A DNA stretch of 64,000 bases from Callorhinchus milii (GCF_018977255.1 NW_024704742.1:71116001-71180000), one strand, 5' to 3'; positions 50,195 to 63,545 are shown, counted from the stretch's first letter. Made by a program: numbers and translations. The notes: generated from the sequence alone by a model not told the origin.

Positions 50195-50658
50195 TAATAA
50201 TAATAATTCTTGCATTTGATATAGCGCCTTATTGAGTCATTGAGATGCTCAAAGCGCTTCACAGAATATAGTGTAAAATGGAATAAAAATTAGAAGTCAC
50301 TGGGAACACTCAGCAGGTCAGGCAGCATCTATGGAGAGAGGAAAGTGAGTTAACATTTTCTTTCACACTCTCTCTCTAAAGTGGATTTACTGTGTATTTT
50401 GTGGGAGAAATATGGCAGCCTATTGTGCACAGCAGCGTCCCACAAACAGTCGTAGATTGAGTGACCATTTTTTTGGAGGGATTTTTTTTTGAGAATTATT
50501 ACCCTGCCAATCACCTAACAACCGAGTACCTACTTACTGCTAGGTAAACAGAGGTGTGCAGAGTGCGGAAACCTGCCTTCGTTTTCACCCTGCCCAGGAA
50601 TGAAATCCGGGTCCTCTCACTTGTGAGACGAGTGCCCTAACCACTATGCTACAGGACA
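50195..50658 (-). mobile_element. CORE-like SINE hosting a second Penelope-like insert
   Basis: SINE is contiguous around 50283-50376. Confidence 0.88.
50283..50376 (-). mobile_element. Second Penelope-like terminal fragment, truncated at the hammerhead
   Basis: ATAAAAATTAGAAGTCACTGGGAACACTCAGCAGGTCAGGCAGCATCTATGGAGAGAG aligns with 44720-44775; imperfect 9-bp TSD TAAAATGGA/TAAAGTGGA. Confidence 0.72.
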
Positions 50659-53324
50659 CCACAACCAAAGAGAGCCATCCCCTGACCTCACAGTGCTCAG
50701 GTTCCAGGTGACGAAAAATATAGCTCCCATGCTTAAGATCCAGGTGAGACTTTCAAGCCCCACATCAGGATTATGAACTCACTATGGAGGCCGACAGTCA
50801 AGATTCTGACAGATATTCGAAAAGCGAAGGGAGTTTCTTTCTCCCGGGGTCCTGGCCAATAATACGCCAGATAACATTGGTTATTGACGTCATGTCTACT
50901 TGCAGGACTTGCCTGCCAGATTCGCAACAACAACAACAAATTACATTTGTATAGCACCTTTCATGTTGGGAGGAAGTCCCAAGGCACTGGAAAGTCAGGG
51001 ATTTGGACCCGAGCTGGGGGTTGGGATCATTGAGTGTGGGGGGGCAGGGAAGGTAGTAGGGTGACCGAAGGCGGAGCAGAGAAGAGGGTTTTGAGATGGA
51101 CCTTGAAGGAGGCAAGGGAGGGGGCAAGCGGAGGGACTGTATTCACCCATAAAACATACAATCACCACACTTCATAGGCTTTACCTGAGGCCTGAGCTTG
51201 TAGCCTACACTCTCTCACTTGGAGCCTGAAGACCTTCATCTTCGACCATGCTTGCTCCCCTCTCTGCCTGGCTTGGCATCATATTCTACCACTGTTAAGC
51301 GCTCTGAGTTGCTACTAAGTGTGATGGGTGAGGAATAAATGCAAGTTGTTACTGTTGTAAATCCTGTGAAGCTCTTTGAAATGTCCTCCTGATGTGAAAG
51401 GAGCGGTATCAAATGCAGGGATTATTATTGTTATTTTTCTCCTCTGCATGTAGCAAAAATTCTAGAAAACAAATGGAGCCTCAGGAAATCCGAGGGTGGG
51501 GAGGAGTGGGCAGTGGGGAGGCACGAGGTGGAGGGGGAAGCTTTATCGGGAGATACTAGTGACAGATGGGAAGACAGCAAGGCTCTGGTTTCACAAGTGT
51601 TGAAAGCTACGAGCTGTTTCAGCTGGACTTTGATATTCAATATCAGTGTTGATGAGGAATTGAACTGCCCAGGCCAAGACCTAGGTTCCAGGCCCAGCCA
51701 AAGTCACAGATTCAGTCTTAGGCATGGTCCCAGGCCCAGTTATAACCCAGGTTCCAGCCCAATCCCAATCTCATGCTCCACCCAATCCCAGGATCCACCC
51801 CAATTCGAGGCTCAGTCCCAGGTGTCCGACCCTGTCCCCATAAAGCACTCTGAAATGTTACCCTGTATGAAGGGCACAGTATAAATGCAAGTTGTTCTTG
51901 TAAAAATCCTGTGACACCAAGTTAGACCCCCCCTCATACCCCCCTCTCCCCCTGTCCTATCCAGCCCCAACCTCCTGTTAAAACTGGCCAAAATGCACAG
52001 TGAATTCTAATACCTTGTGCTAATTATCACACCTCGTGCTGTAAATTCCATTGCTCTGCAAAACCATGGCTGTCAGTGACTGAGCACGAGTCAAATGGGA
52101 TTTCAGTGAAGCAGTAAATTCAGGGGGTGGGGGGGAGAGGAGCCTGACCAAGCCCATCCCATCGTTGGCAGGGAGGCTTTCAGCCATTCGGCCCCCTCCT
52201 ACCATGTTCCCTGGAACTCCATCCTATAGTCCCTCCACCTCGCTCTAGGATGCTCTGGGACGTTACCCTGAGTGAGGGTCGCTATATAAATGCAAGTTGT
52301 TGTTCTTGTAAAATTACCCCCCAAAAAAAACAAGGTCACTGCATTTTACAGTAAATAATAACAACAAATTGCTTTTATATAGCAACTTTCTTGTCAGGAG
52401 GACCTCCCAAGGCGCTGGACAATGAAGGGTATGCACCTGAACTGCAGGCTGGGTGAAGAGAGGGGTGAATGGCAATGAGGGGTGCAGGAGGGAAGATGAT
52501 CAGGTGCATTTGGAAAGGAAGGTTTTGAGACAGGTCTTGAAAAAGGTAAGGGAGGGAGTGAGGTGGAGGGGCTCTGGGAATTCCAGGGGGTGGAGGCAAA
52601 AAGGTTGAAAGTCCAACTGGCAAGAGTGGAGGGGGTAAGGCAGGCCGGGGGATATGGAGCCCTTTGAGCGTCGTGTAAGTGCAAAATCGTTGCTATTGTT
52701 GTTGAAAGGCACATGAGTGACGGAGACAGTGGCAAGGAAAAGAGGCGTACATACTGCAGGAAATTAATCACCAAAACAGAATTTTGAAAAAACAAACACA
52801 CAACCTGTTCATTTTTTTCCTTCCCATTATTTTGTGCTGAGTACAGCCCGCCAGCGAGGTGTCTGTGCTAATTGATTCCGATTAAATCAGGCAGCACGGA
52901 GAGCTAGGCGTGTGGGAAATCCTCCCGACCAGCCTTGTTTCCTTTCACCGTGTACAAGAGACAAACAATTACATTTTGCTAACTCAATATGGCAGCGCTA
53001 ACATTTAACATTTAACAGCACGTCATGCGGGCTGACAGGGGAGCCTGTATGAGGGGGAAAAAACACAGCGCTCTCCTGTGCTGACAGTGATCCAGCGCTG
53101 TGCTGGGGAGAGGGTGTGTGTGTGTTTGTGAGGGTGTGGGTGGCTGGGGGAGCACTGCATTGACGGAGGTCCCATCCCCTCATACCAGCCATTAACCCGA
53201 GGTCCCGTCTGTATCCAGTCAGCATTCAGATAGGCAGTAAAGACCCTGCAGCGCCATTCAACAAGAGATGGGAGTTTCTCCTAGTGTCTTCACCCAACCC
53301 CCCAATTGCGGAAAATAATATTAT

Positions 53325-53653
53325 ATAATTCTCGCATTTGATATAGCGCCTTATTATGTTGTTGACATGTCTCAAAGTGCTTCACAGAATATATTGTAAA
53401 GTAGAGTGACTGAGTATTTTGTAGGTAAAATGCGGCAGCCAATTGTGTTGTGGATCGAGTGACCAATTTATTTTTTAAGAGATTACTACCCCCTGGAAAG
53501 CGATCCACCAATCGACTAACAACTGGTTTCCGACTTACTGCTAGGTAAACAGAGGCGTGTGAAGTAAGGAAACTTCCCTAAAGTTTCGCCCTGCCTGGGA
53601 ATCAAACCCGAGTCCTCTCGCTTGTGAGGCGAGCGTGCTAACCACTACACTAC
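53325..53653 (-). mobile_element. CORE-like SINE
   Basis: Family tail, core and head motifs. Confidence 0.88.
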
Positions 53654-54109
53654 AAAATATATCATTTGACATCCTCCCAACGTGAAAGGCGCTAGTTGTT
53701 GTTGTTGCTGTTGTTGTTGACCTCGCAGCTGTTTGTGGGACAGGTTTGACGTACTCACCTACAAATAGAGCCACTACACTTATGCAGTGCTTCGAGATGT
53801 TTCAATTGGCGCTGTATCAAACGGAAGGATTATATTTTATCTTTCTCTCCTTTTCTTTTTCTTTCCTATCTCTTTCTCCATTCCTTTTTTCTTCTTTTTT
53901 CATCTCTTCCTTCTCTCTTTTGCTCTCTCCCTCTGAATTTCTCAACAGAAATATATTAATATCTCCCATATTACAACAACAACTTCACGCAGGGTAGCAT
54001 CCCAGAGCGCTTATATTAGGCTCCCGGGCATTAGGAAATAGTTCCGAAGGTCTCGTAATTTGCTAAAATTTTTAGGACCTGAGGAAATCAATTAAGGATT
54101 TGGGATTCT

Positions 54110-54300
54110 GTGTGTATAACAGCACACAGAATAGCAGCCCTTGTGTGTATAGCAGAGAATAGCAGCCCCTGTGTGTATAACAGAGAATAGCAGCCTCTGT
54201 GTGTATAACAGAGAATAGCAGCCCCTGTGTATATAACAGAGAATAGCAGCCCCTGTGTGTGTGTGTGTGTGTGTGTGTTATAGAGAATAGCAGCCCCTGT
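54110..54300. repeat. Minisatellite, 28-bp unit GTGTGTATAACAGAGAATAGCAGCCCCT, ~6-7 copies
   Basis: Direct inspection. Confidence 0.93.
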
Positions 54301-54442
54301 TTAGCTAGCAGAGAGTAGGAACCTGGTGGTTAGTTGATTTGTGGATCACTTTCCAGGGGTAATAATCTGTACAAAAAATAAATAAACAATGTGATGAGGC
54401 ACTGTATCAAATGCAAGCAATATTATTATTAATTATTATTAC

Positions 54443-54799
54443 AATAATAATAATAATCCTTGCATTTGACATAGAGCCTTATTACCAAGACATCTCAAAG
54501 CATTTCACAGAATATATTGTAAAGTGAATTGACTGTGTATTTTGTGGGTAAAATGCAGCAGCCAATTGCGCCATGGTTGTCCCACAAATAGTCGTGGCCA
54601 AATTATTAGTATTATTCGTTTATTATCCCCCGAAAAGTGACCCGCCAATTGACTAACAACCAGGTTCCTACTTACTGTTAAGTAAACAGAGGTGCGTGGA
54701 GTAAGGAAACTTGCCTAAAGTTTCCGCCCTCCCCGAGAATCGAACCCAGGCCCTCTCACTTGCGAGGCGAGCACTCTAACCAATACTCTACAGGACTCC
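54443..54799 (-). mobile_element. Full-length CORE-like SINE
   Basis: (AAT)n tail through ...CTACAGGACTCC head. Confidence 0.9.
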
Positions 54800-55444
54800 A
54801 CTTTTGGGCACCTGCACTCGACCACCCCCTCAACTCTGAGGGGCCTGACCCCAGGGTCTACCCGGCCTCTCTCGGCTCCGCACTGAATGGACCTACAAAG
54901 TGCCGTCCGCTCCACTGGTGGGCTTCGTCAGGGAAGGGTTAAGACAACTGTCAAAACAAGGCTGTAAATACACTCTGGTTACATTTGTCACACTGTTTGC
55001 AGTCAGAGGCTTTAGGCAATTACTTCGCAAGTAATGGCTGCCACCTGATGACAGCTGTGAGATGCGGGTCTGAAGTGAGACGTGCACTGCTTTGTCGCTG
55101 TTGTCTCCATAGCGACTGTGTGTTGCGGGGGGGTTGGGGGGGGGGGTTGGGGGGGGGAGGGAGAAAACGGAGGAACGGAGAGAGGAGTTCTATTTATTGC
55201 CTCCCCACCACCTGTCGTGAGCCTTAGCAGAAATACGAACACCAAGTAACAAGATCTAGGGGAGGGCAGAAAAGACTCACGCTGGACTTCGAATCACAGT
55301 GTTGGATGAGGGGGAGGCTCTTTCAAGGCTCCTCTCACCCCCTGCATTCTCTCCCCCCCTCCTTGCTCCTCTACTTCTCTTTCCCCCTGCCCCCCCACCC
55401 CCAACACAAGCATCATCTCTTCCATTCAAAGCAGCTCCTAGCAC

Positions 55445-55855
55445 GATGCTGAGATGTCTCAAAGCACTTCAATAATTTACTGTAAAGTGGAGTGACTGTG
55501 TATTTTGTTGGCGAACGCGGCAGCCAGTTTGTGCACAGCAACGTCCCACAAACAGCTGTGAAGTGAGTGACCAATTTTATCTGGGGGATTGTCGGCCAGG
55601 ACCCCGGGAGAGAGAAACTCCCTTCTATTTTCTAATAGTATCACAGGATATTTAATGTCCACCTGAACAGAGCACAGACGGGGGCCTTGGTTTAATGTCT
55701 CGTTCAAGGGATGGCACTTCTGACAATGCAGCGCTCCCTCCAGCACTGCATTGTGGCGTCAGCCTAGATTGTGAGCTCCATGTTCCGACGTGGGGGCTTG
55801 AACCCACAATCTTCTGACTCAGAGGCGAGTGCGCTGTTAACTGAGACAAGCTGAT
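55445..55855 (-). mobile_element. Deu-domain SINE, near full length
   Basis: GGGGCTTGAACCCACAATCTTCTGACTCAGAGGCGAG head and Deu core. Confidence 0.87.
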
Positions 55856-55927
55856 GCCTCAGCATGTGGGACATGGTGGGCTGGAGCTCAGGGAAGTGAA
55901 GGTGACCAGTCTGAATGACTTTGTCAT

Positions 55928-56367
55928 TATTGTCACTCAAGCGACATGGAACCTCTCCCGCCCCCCCTCCCCCACGCTCATCACCTCCCTCTCCCCCCCC
56001 CCACATCACTCCTCCTCCTCCCTCCACTGCCCCTCCGGATTCGATCCTCCCTCCCCCCCCCCCCCCCCCCCCCCCTACCCCCTCCTCCCCCCCCGCTCCC
56101 CCCCCCCCCCCGCCCTACATCGGGTCGGCTTCAGCCTCCAGCCCGAGCTCTGGACCATCCAGTCCCGGTTCTTTTCCCAAGCGTCTCAAACCTCTGACGT
56201 GCTCAGCTCCCTCCGCTCTCCCTCCTCCTCCCCCCCCCCCTCCCCTGACCCCCCCCTCCCCTCCCCCTCCCCTCACCCTGACCATTTCCCCCTGCTCGGG
56301 TCATGACCCAACTGTGCAGCGCCTTGGGACGTCCTCCTGACGTGAAAGGCGCTCTATAAATGGAATC

Positions 56368-56395
<28 letters not shown>
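55928..56395 (+). mobile_element. Young L2 3' fragment whose 5' part is collapsed into C-rich sequence
   Basis: 56266-56375 is nearly identical to 27175-27285. The upstream part is a deletion-riddled version of 26677-27170. Confidence 0.85.
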
Positions 56396-56398
<3 letters not shown>

Positions 56399-56599
56399 CA
56401 CCGAGAGTTGAGAGTGTGCGAAATGGCGAAGCAGAAAGATGGAGAAGCGAATTGTGTCAGCACATTCAAGAAGGAATTAGATAGCTGTTTGGGAAGCGAT
56501 CGATTGACAGGTGTGAGAGCTAGAGTTGTGTGGGATTATTTTATTGACTGATTCATTTGCTTTTACTCCAGCCAATTCCGGTTCTGTCCATCCCTGTGT

Positions 56600-56895
56600 T
56601 CCTAAGACAGCATTTCAAACGGAATTAGATAAGCATTTCACAAGATCACAAGATCAGTTCAGTTGAACAAGATCCTTCAGCCTATCTGATCTCATCCCTC
56701 CAGAACACCCACCCTATCATTCCCCCATCACTGCATCAAGTTGTATTTTAAATGTGTCCCAGTGTCCTGGCCTCAAACCCCCTTCCTGGTAACCCTGTTC
56801 CAGTCATTAATTACCCTCTGGATAAAGAAATACATCCTGGTGTCTGTGCTAAATTTGCTCCTTTAAATTCCTAAACCTGTGTCCTCTTGCTCTAC
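56600..56895 (-). mobile_element. CR1 3' fragment
   Basis: Resembles the reverse complement of the CR1 end at 21680-21933 (CACAAGATCACAAGAT tail; TACCCTCTGGATAAAGAAATAC). Confidence 0.8.
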
Positions 56896-56952
56896 AAAAA
56901 TACACAGTACATCTGGGGGTTGAAGAGGAACAACATTTGATGAGGACAACAA

Positions 56953-57348
56953 TTATGAGGGGGTTTTGATAGAGTAGATAGGGAGAAACTCTTTCCTCTG
57001 GTGGGTAGGTTGGTAGCCAGAGGACACAGATTTAAGGTAATTAGCAAAAGAACCAGAGGGAAGACGAGGAGAATTTTTTATCCAAAGATCTGTTATAGTC
57101 TGGAATACACTGCCTAATAAGTTGGTGGAAGCAAATGCGATAGCAACTTTCAAAAGGGAATTGGATAATAATAATCCTTGATTTGATATAGCGCTTTTCA
57201 CATCTTCGTGATGTCTCAAAGCGCTTCACAGAATAGACTGTAAAGTGAACTGACCGTATATATAGGTACTCAATAAGGAAAAATTTGTAGGGCTATGCGG
57301 TAAGAGCAGGGGATTGGCACGATGGGACAGTGCTATAAGATTCTATGA
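56953..57348 (+). mobile_element. CR1 3' fragment with a SINE tail inserted (~57165-57262)
   Basis: MRGFDRVDREKLFPLV...RGHRFKVISKRTRG...FFIQR...WNTLP; tail AAGATTCTATGA. Confidence 0.88.
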
Positions 57349-57577
57349 ACATCAGAAGGTGCAGGGAAAAGAGCCAGGAATTGGATTGAGGTGAAGAACT
57401 GTATGTCTATCAGCATGTACTCTATCAGCATGTCCTGTGCTGTACTTTCTATGATCCTAAGATCAAGTGGTTCAGTCAATTGTGCTCCTACCTCTGGGTC
57501 AGACACTTGTGAGACCATCCCCCAAATGGGAGCTGGGTGAGCATGGTGCCCACTGAACAGCTTACTCTGCGCGTTCT

Positions 57578-58000
57578 TAATAATAATCCTTACATTAGAT
57601 AAGACAGGAGGATGTCTCAAAGCGCTTCACAGGCTTTACCGCAAAATGCATTGACTGTATTTTGTGGACAAATGCAGCTGCCAATTTGCACACAGTAACA
57701 TCCCACAAACACCCAAGGAGTGAGTGACCAATCTTATCTTGGCCAGGACACCGAGAGAGAGAAACTCCCTTCTCTTTTCCAATAGTGGTGCAGGAACTTT
57801 GACATCCACTTGAACAGGCACAGACAGGAGCTCAGTTAAACGTCTCAGCCGAAGAACGGTGCCTCTGACAATGCAGGACTCCCCCCAGCAGTATACTGGA
57901 GCATCAGTTAGAGTATGAGTTCCAAGTCCCAAATTGAGCATGAACCAACCACCTTCTAACTCAGAGGCGAGAGCGCTAGTGACTGAGCCAGGCTGACACA
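57578..58000 (-). mobile_element. Deu-domain SINE, full length
   Basis: Head ...GACTGAGCCAGGCTGACAC at 57981-57999. Confidence 0.87.
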
Positions 58001-60179
58001 CAGTAAAGCCCCTTAAGTGAGTGGATGGTGAGCTGGACTCTCTCTCTCCGGGGCTGATCTCACAGGAATGCCGTCAGCTGCCTGATTATCTCATCAAAGC
58101 TGCATTTCTATGTGTCAACGGCACTGACTCCGGCCTGCGCTCGGCATGCTGACAAGAGTGGCGGGGGGGTGGGGGAGGGAGGGAAAGCTCCCCCCTAAGG
58201 GGAGAGGATGGTAGTGGTGAGGTTGGTAGATTGCAGCCAATGTGATTTCAAATGCCAATTTTGCCCCCTCTCCCCCCGCACCCCCATATTTTTTTCTTCT
58301 CAGTATGATCGGAGCTAATTTCCTTGATGAGAGAGGAGGGAAAGGGGGAAGGGGAAGGGTGTAGGGAGAATGGGAAGAAATGAAGTGAGGAATTTTGTAT
58401 TACTTCTCGTCTGTCGCCTTATAATAATAATCCTTGCATTTGATGTGACTTCTTACCACGTCTTCGAGATGTCTCAAACTGCTTCACAGAATATACTCAA
58501 GTGTATATTTTGTGGGCGAAACGAGGCAGCCAATTGCGCACAGCAGTGTCCCACAATCAGTTGTGGATTAAGTGACCAAATAAAAAAACATTTTTAAAAT
58601 TGATTTATTTGGAGGGATTATTACTGCTGAAAAGCGATCCGCCAATTGACTAACAAATGTGCTTTCAGTCATCTTTCCCTCCCCCACCCCACTCGACTCC
58701 CACCCCCAGCTCAGTGCAAACCCTGGACTGTCCAGCCTGTTCTCAGAAGGACATCCTCCCAGCATGAAAGGTGCTATACAGTATAAATGTAAATTTGTTG
58801 TTGTTATTGTATTGTCCTTGCCAGGCTCCGCTCGCTCCCTGTCTACCAGTGGATCAGTTTCAAAATCCTCACCTACAAATCTCGTCACACCCTAGCACCT
58901 CCCCATCTCTCCAATCTCCTCAATTCTGAGCTCGCCCCCTCCACTCGACTAACTCTGGCTACCATGTCCTCTCCGTACCACCATTAGTGGCCACGCCATC
59001 AGTTCTAAACCTCTGGAACTCTCTCTATTCCTCCATCTCGCCAGGTTCCTATTTATTGCCAGATTAAAAAGAGGCGTGTGGAGTAAGGAAATTTGAACCC
59101 ATGTTCTCTCGCTTGCGAGGCGAGTGCACTAACCACTATGCTACGGGACTAATTGCCATCAAGTGTAGTAACTGTGTGTTTATAGGCAAGCGCAGAGGGT
59201 AGCTTTGCTCACAGGGGGATGCTACACAGATGCGAATGAGCCAGTTATCCCAAGGATTGTTGGCCGGCTTAGAAGTGAGCTCAGAAAATATTTATCCGCG
59301 CAGAGGGTGATGAGAGTGTGGAACGTGCTGTTCTCAGAGAGCTGTGGAGGTGGAATGGATTGGAATGTTAAAGCAGGGAGTTGGATAGATACAGTACTTG
59401 GGAAGTAAGGGTGTTAGGAGAAATATAATCCTTGCCTTAGAAATTGTGCCTTATCACCTTGTCAACCATCTCAAAGCAATTCACAGGATTTTACTGTGAA
59501 GTGTGCGTTTTGTACGCTAATGCAGCAGCCAATTTGCACATGACAATGTCCCCCAAACAGCTAATTAAGTAAATTACAGGACCTCGGTTTAACATCTCAT
59601 CTGAAGAACGGTCGCTTTAGAATGCAACATTTGCTCCCAGCACTGCACTGGAGCATTCACCCTGGACTGAGCTCTAAGTTGCAGACCTGGGGCATAAACC
59701 CACAATCTTTTGATGCAGAGGTGAGAGTCTGATTGAAAGGGCCGTTCCTTCAGAGAGTCAGCACAGGCACGATGGACCTTAATTTCACCCAGTAAAAGCT
59801 TAAACCAGCCCTTGTCAAATGTTAAATTGAATATAAAATACAATACAAAATTACATTGTAAAGCGCCTTTCACATTGAGAGGATGTTTCAAGGTGCTGGA
59901 TAGTCAGAGATTTTGACCCAAGGAGGGGATTGTGATCAGGGAGGGTGGAGGGGCAAGGGTAGGAGCGAGGAGGGGAGGAGGGTGTCCGAAGATGAGGTTG
60001 AAGAGGAGGGTCATGAGGCGTTCCTTGAAGGAGGCAAGGGAGGGAGTGAGGCAAAGGGATTGTGACCAACTAGTGACTATCCTCCTATTAGGACGGGGAG
60101 ATATGCGGGGTTTCCCCAGAGCTGAACCAGCTCTAAGATGACATGTTTGGTCACAGAATATCAGAATCAAGCTTGGAGA

Positions 60180-60567
60180 GCCAGACAAGTCACTGGGGTA
60201 GAGACTCTTCCCACTCCCTCCTTAACGATCTGTCCACCCCCTCTGCTCAGCAGGCTCTGGCCTGCCCCATGCCCTCCGCCCTGCTCAATTCCACCATCGG
60301 CAGTTGAGCCTTCAGACTTTCTGTTCCCACCTATTGGAACTCCATTACACAGTTCTTTTGTCTTGCTCCCTCCCTCACCTTCTTCAAGGTCTGTCTCAAT
60401 ACCTTCCTCTTCAATTGCACCTTTGGTAACCCTCCCACCCACACCCTCATTGCCCTCCACCCCTCCTGATCCCAACCACCAGTTTGCGTCCAAATTCTTG
60501 ACTGTCCAGTTCCTTGGGACATTCTCCCAATGTAAAAGGAGCTCTGCAAATGTAATTTGTTGTTATT
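60180..60567 (+). mobile_element. L2 3' fragment (opposite-strand L2 tail at ~59840-60065)
   Basis: TTGGAACTCCATTAC...CTCAATACCTTCCTCTTC...CCTTGGGACATTCTCCCAATGTAAAAGG tail. Confidence 0.8.
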
Positions 60568-62424
60568 AACCCTGCAAACCAAACAGGGTGCTCCTAGCTG
60601 GACAAGCAGAGGTCTGTTTGTCCTGTCTACCTGTTCAGGCGGACATTAAAAGTTTGCTGTTGAGAAACGAGAAGGGAATTTCTTCCAGGGTCCTGGCCAA
60701 AAATCCCCCAGATTAGTCAATCATTCACTGCATAGCTGTTTGTGGGACGATGCCATGTGCAAAAAAAACTGGCACGCCAGCAATCATTTTGACGTTGAAG
60801 GTGCTATAAAAACACAACGTCTCTCTTTATCTAAATATTTTTCCTTTTGCTTCTGGGTTTGTGTCTATATCCGTCCATCCAAATGAACTGTGCAAATATG
60901 CTAGTCAGGAATGCAGAGGCATGTGGTCAGCCTCTGTAGTCTCTCCCTGATACCAGTGCTGATAGCTGGGGGACCCTAAGAGTTTTTATTATAATCAATT
61001 GTTTTATGAAATTATTTCCAATCCAATTTATTACTTCCAGCCCACACTCCCCCCCACCTACCCCTACCCCCACGAGCCTTGGTTCTCAACAACTTCCACC
61101 TAACACACTGAATTAGGTGATCAAATTGTGTCAACCTGGCTCAATTGTTAGCGCTCGCACCTTGATCAGAAGGTTATGGGTTTAAGCCCCACTTCGGAAG
61201 TTGGAACCCATATAGACTAAGCTGACGCTTCCAACGCTGTGATACTGTCCTTCAGTTGAGACGTTAAATTGTGCTCCTGTCTGTGCCTGTTCAGTTGGAC
61301 GTTAAAGATCCCACAACCTTGAACCCACAGCCTTCTAACTCAAGAGGCAAGAGTGACTGTGCCAGGCTGACACACTTTTTTCTTAATCTTACAAAGGAAT
61401 TCTTGAGTTTGGGTGTGTTGGGGGGAGAGAGATGAAGAGATTTGAAGGTGTGGTGAGGGTTTTAAAAATAATAATCCTTGAATTTGATATAGCGCCTTAT
61501 CATGTCATTGAGACATCTCAAAGCTCTTCACAGAGTATACTGTGAAGTTTAGTGACTGTATATTTTGTGGATGAAATGCCAAATGTGCACTGCAGTGTCT
61601 GTGGGATCTAGGGGATCAGTTATACTTTTATCAGTGTCTAGGTGGCATGAGCGTGGGGTGGTTGGGGATATGGGGTGGGCGAGTTGATTAAAAACAACAT
61701 AGCAGCTATATTAGCTGAATAGGGGTGAGGGGATGTCAGTGGCTTGTGGAACACAAATCTGAAAAAAGATGGATGCTCATAAAGGAGGAATTAAGGGTCG
61801 ACCTTTGAGTCCTTTATCTAGCAAGGCTCTTGGAACGAGGATAAGGGAAGTGAGATATGGGGTGGAACAGAGAGGCCTGGAGGTAAGTGGGGAGGAAAAG
61901 GTTAGGCGCAAAGGAGATATCAGTAATAGGATGAGTAATGAAAGGATCAGTGGAGATAGACGAGGTGACAACACAAGTTAGCTCAGTCAAATAATGGATG
62001 TTGCTCTTATCAAGCCAGTGATTCAAGCCCATTTATTCTCACTAATGTAAGTTTTACAGACAGTCAAGAACTAACACTGGGTTTAAGCCAAGTACCTCCC
62101 CATCCCCTTCCTCTCCATCTCTCCCTTTAGAGTATCTTCTCTTCAGTTTATAAACCCCCTTTATTTTCCAGTTAGTTTTTGCGAAGGGGGTGGGGGAGAG
62201 ATGTGCTTTAAGGTTAAAGATCCACCATGTTATTGTTAAAATGAGAATGGAGTTTCTCCCGGTGTCCTGACCAACACTCCTCCTTCCTTCCCCTTCCCCA
62301 CCTCTGCCCACCCCTCCCAGACTAATTGCTCATTCACTTTGCAGCCAAATTATGACTCAGTCAACAGGTTGTGGGTTCAAAGCCCACGTTAGGCCTTTGA
62401 GCTCACAGTCCTGGCTGATTACAT

Positions 62425-63155
62425 TCTCAACCTCCCCGGCCTATCCCTCAGACTTACCGAACCAGTGTGCAACCTTAGCATCAGGGTCAACCCACAGCTG
62501 TCCTTCCTTCCCCACATCCGGTCACTGACCAGGAACACCTTCCTCTACCTCCGCCACATTGCCCAACCTTCAACCATACCTTACCCCAGATGCAGCCGAA
62601 ATATGCTTTTGTTACCTCCTGACTCGACTTTTCAAATGCCCTCTTTGCCGGTCTCCCCATCTCCACCATGCACAGGATCCAACTGATCCAAAACTCCACC
62701 GCCCACCCATACTAAACTCTGTACCCCCATAACACCAGTTCTAGCCAGCCTCCACTGGCTCCCTGTTGCCGAATGGATCAATTTCAAGATCCTCACACTT
62801 AAATGCCTTCATGCTTTGCCATCTCCCGACCTCTCCAACCTGCTCAGCACCCAACCCACAACCTGTTGCCTCTACTTGACTGGTTCCAGCCTTCTGCGTG
62901 TCCCTCATGCCCTCCTTTCCACCACTGGTGACCGAGCTTTTAAGCACTATGCCCCGAAATCTGGGAACACTCTTCCTCTATCCCTCTGCCTTGACCTTTC
63001 TTTCCCCATCTTCAGATCATGCCTAAAGACCTTCTTATTCGACCATGCCTACGGTCATCCCCTCCTCCCTTCGGCTTGGCGTCGTGCTCCGTCATTGTCA
63101 AGTGCTCTGAGACACTACCCTCCATGAGGGGCGCTATATAAGTTTTGTTGTTGTT
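62425..63155 (+). mobile_element. Degenerate L2 3' region
   Basis: CNLSIRVNPQLSFLPHIRS, LHWLP..RINFKI-like segment, TGDRAFKHYAP, LKTFLFDHAYG, plus tail. Confidence 0.88.
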
Positions 63156-63545
63156 CATGCTCCAGTGCAGTGCTGGGGGGAGAGTATGCTGCATTGTCAG
63201 AGGTGCAAGCCTTCGGATGAAACGTTAAACCGAGGTCCTATCTGCTGTGGCACTTTTCAAAAAGCGAAGGTGGTTTCTCTTTGTTACAATCCCCCAGATA
63301 AAATTCATGGCTGTTTGTGAGACATTGTTGTACGCCAAATGGTTGTCGTGCTTGCCTACAAAATACACAGTCATTTTGCAATGAAATACTGTGAAGCACT
63401 TTGAGACATCTCGACGATAAGGCATGATAGCAAATACAAGGATTATGCTGCCTAGTTTTGCCCCACAAAATAAACAGTCAATTCACTTTACAGTATATTC
63501 TGTGAAGCGCTTTGAGATGTCTCGAAGACGTGATAAAGCGCTATA

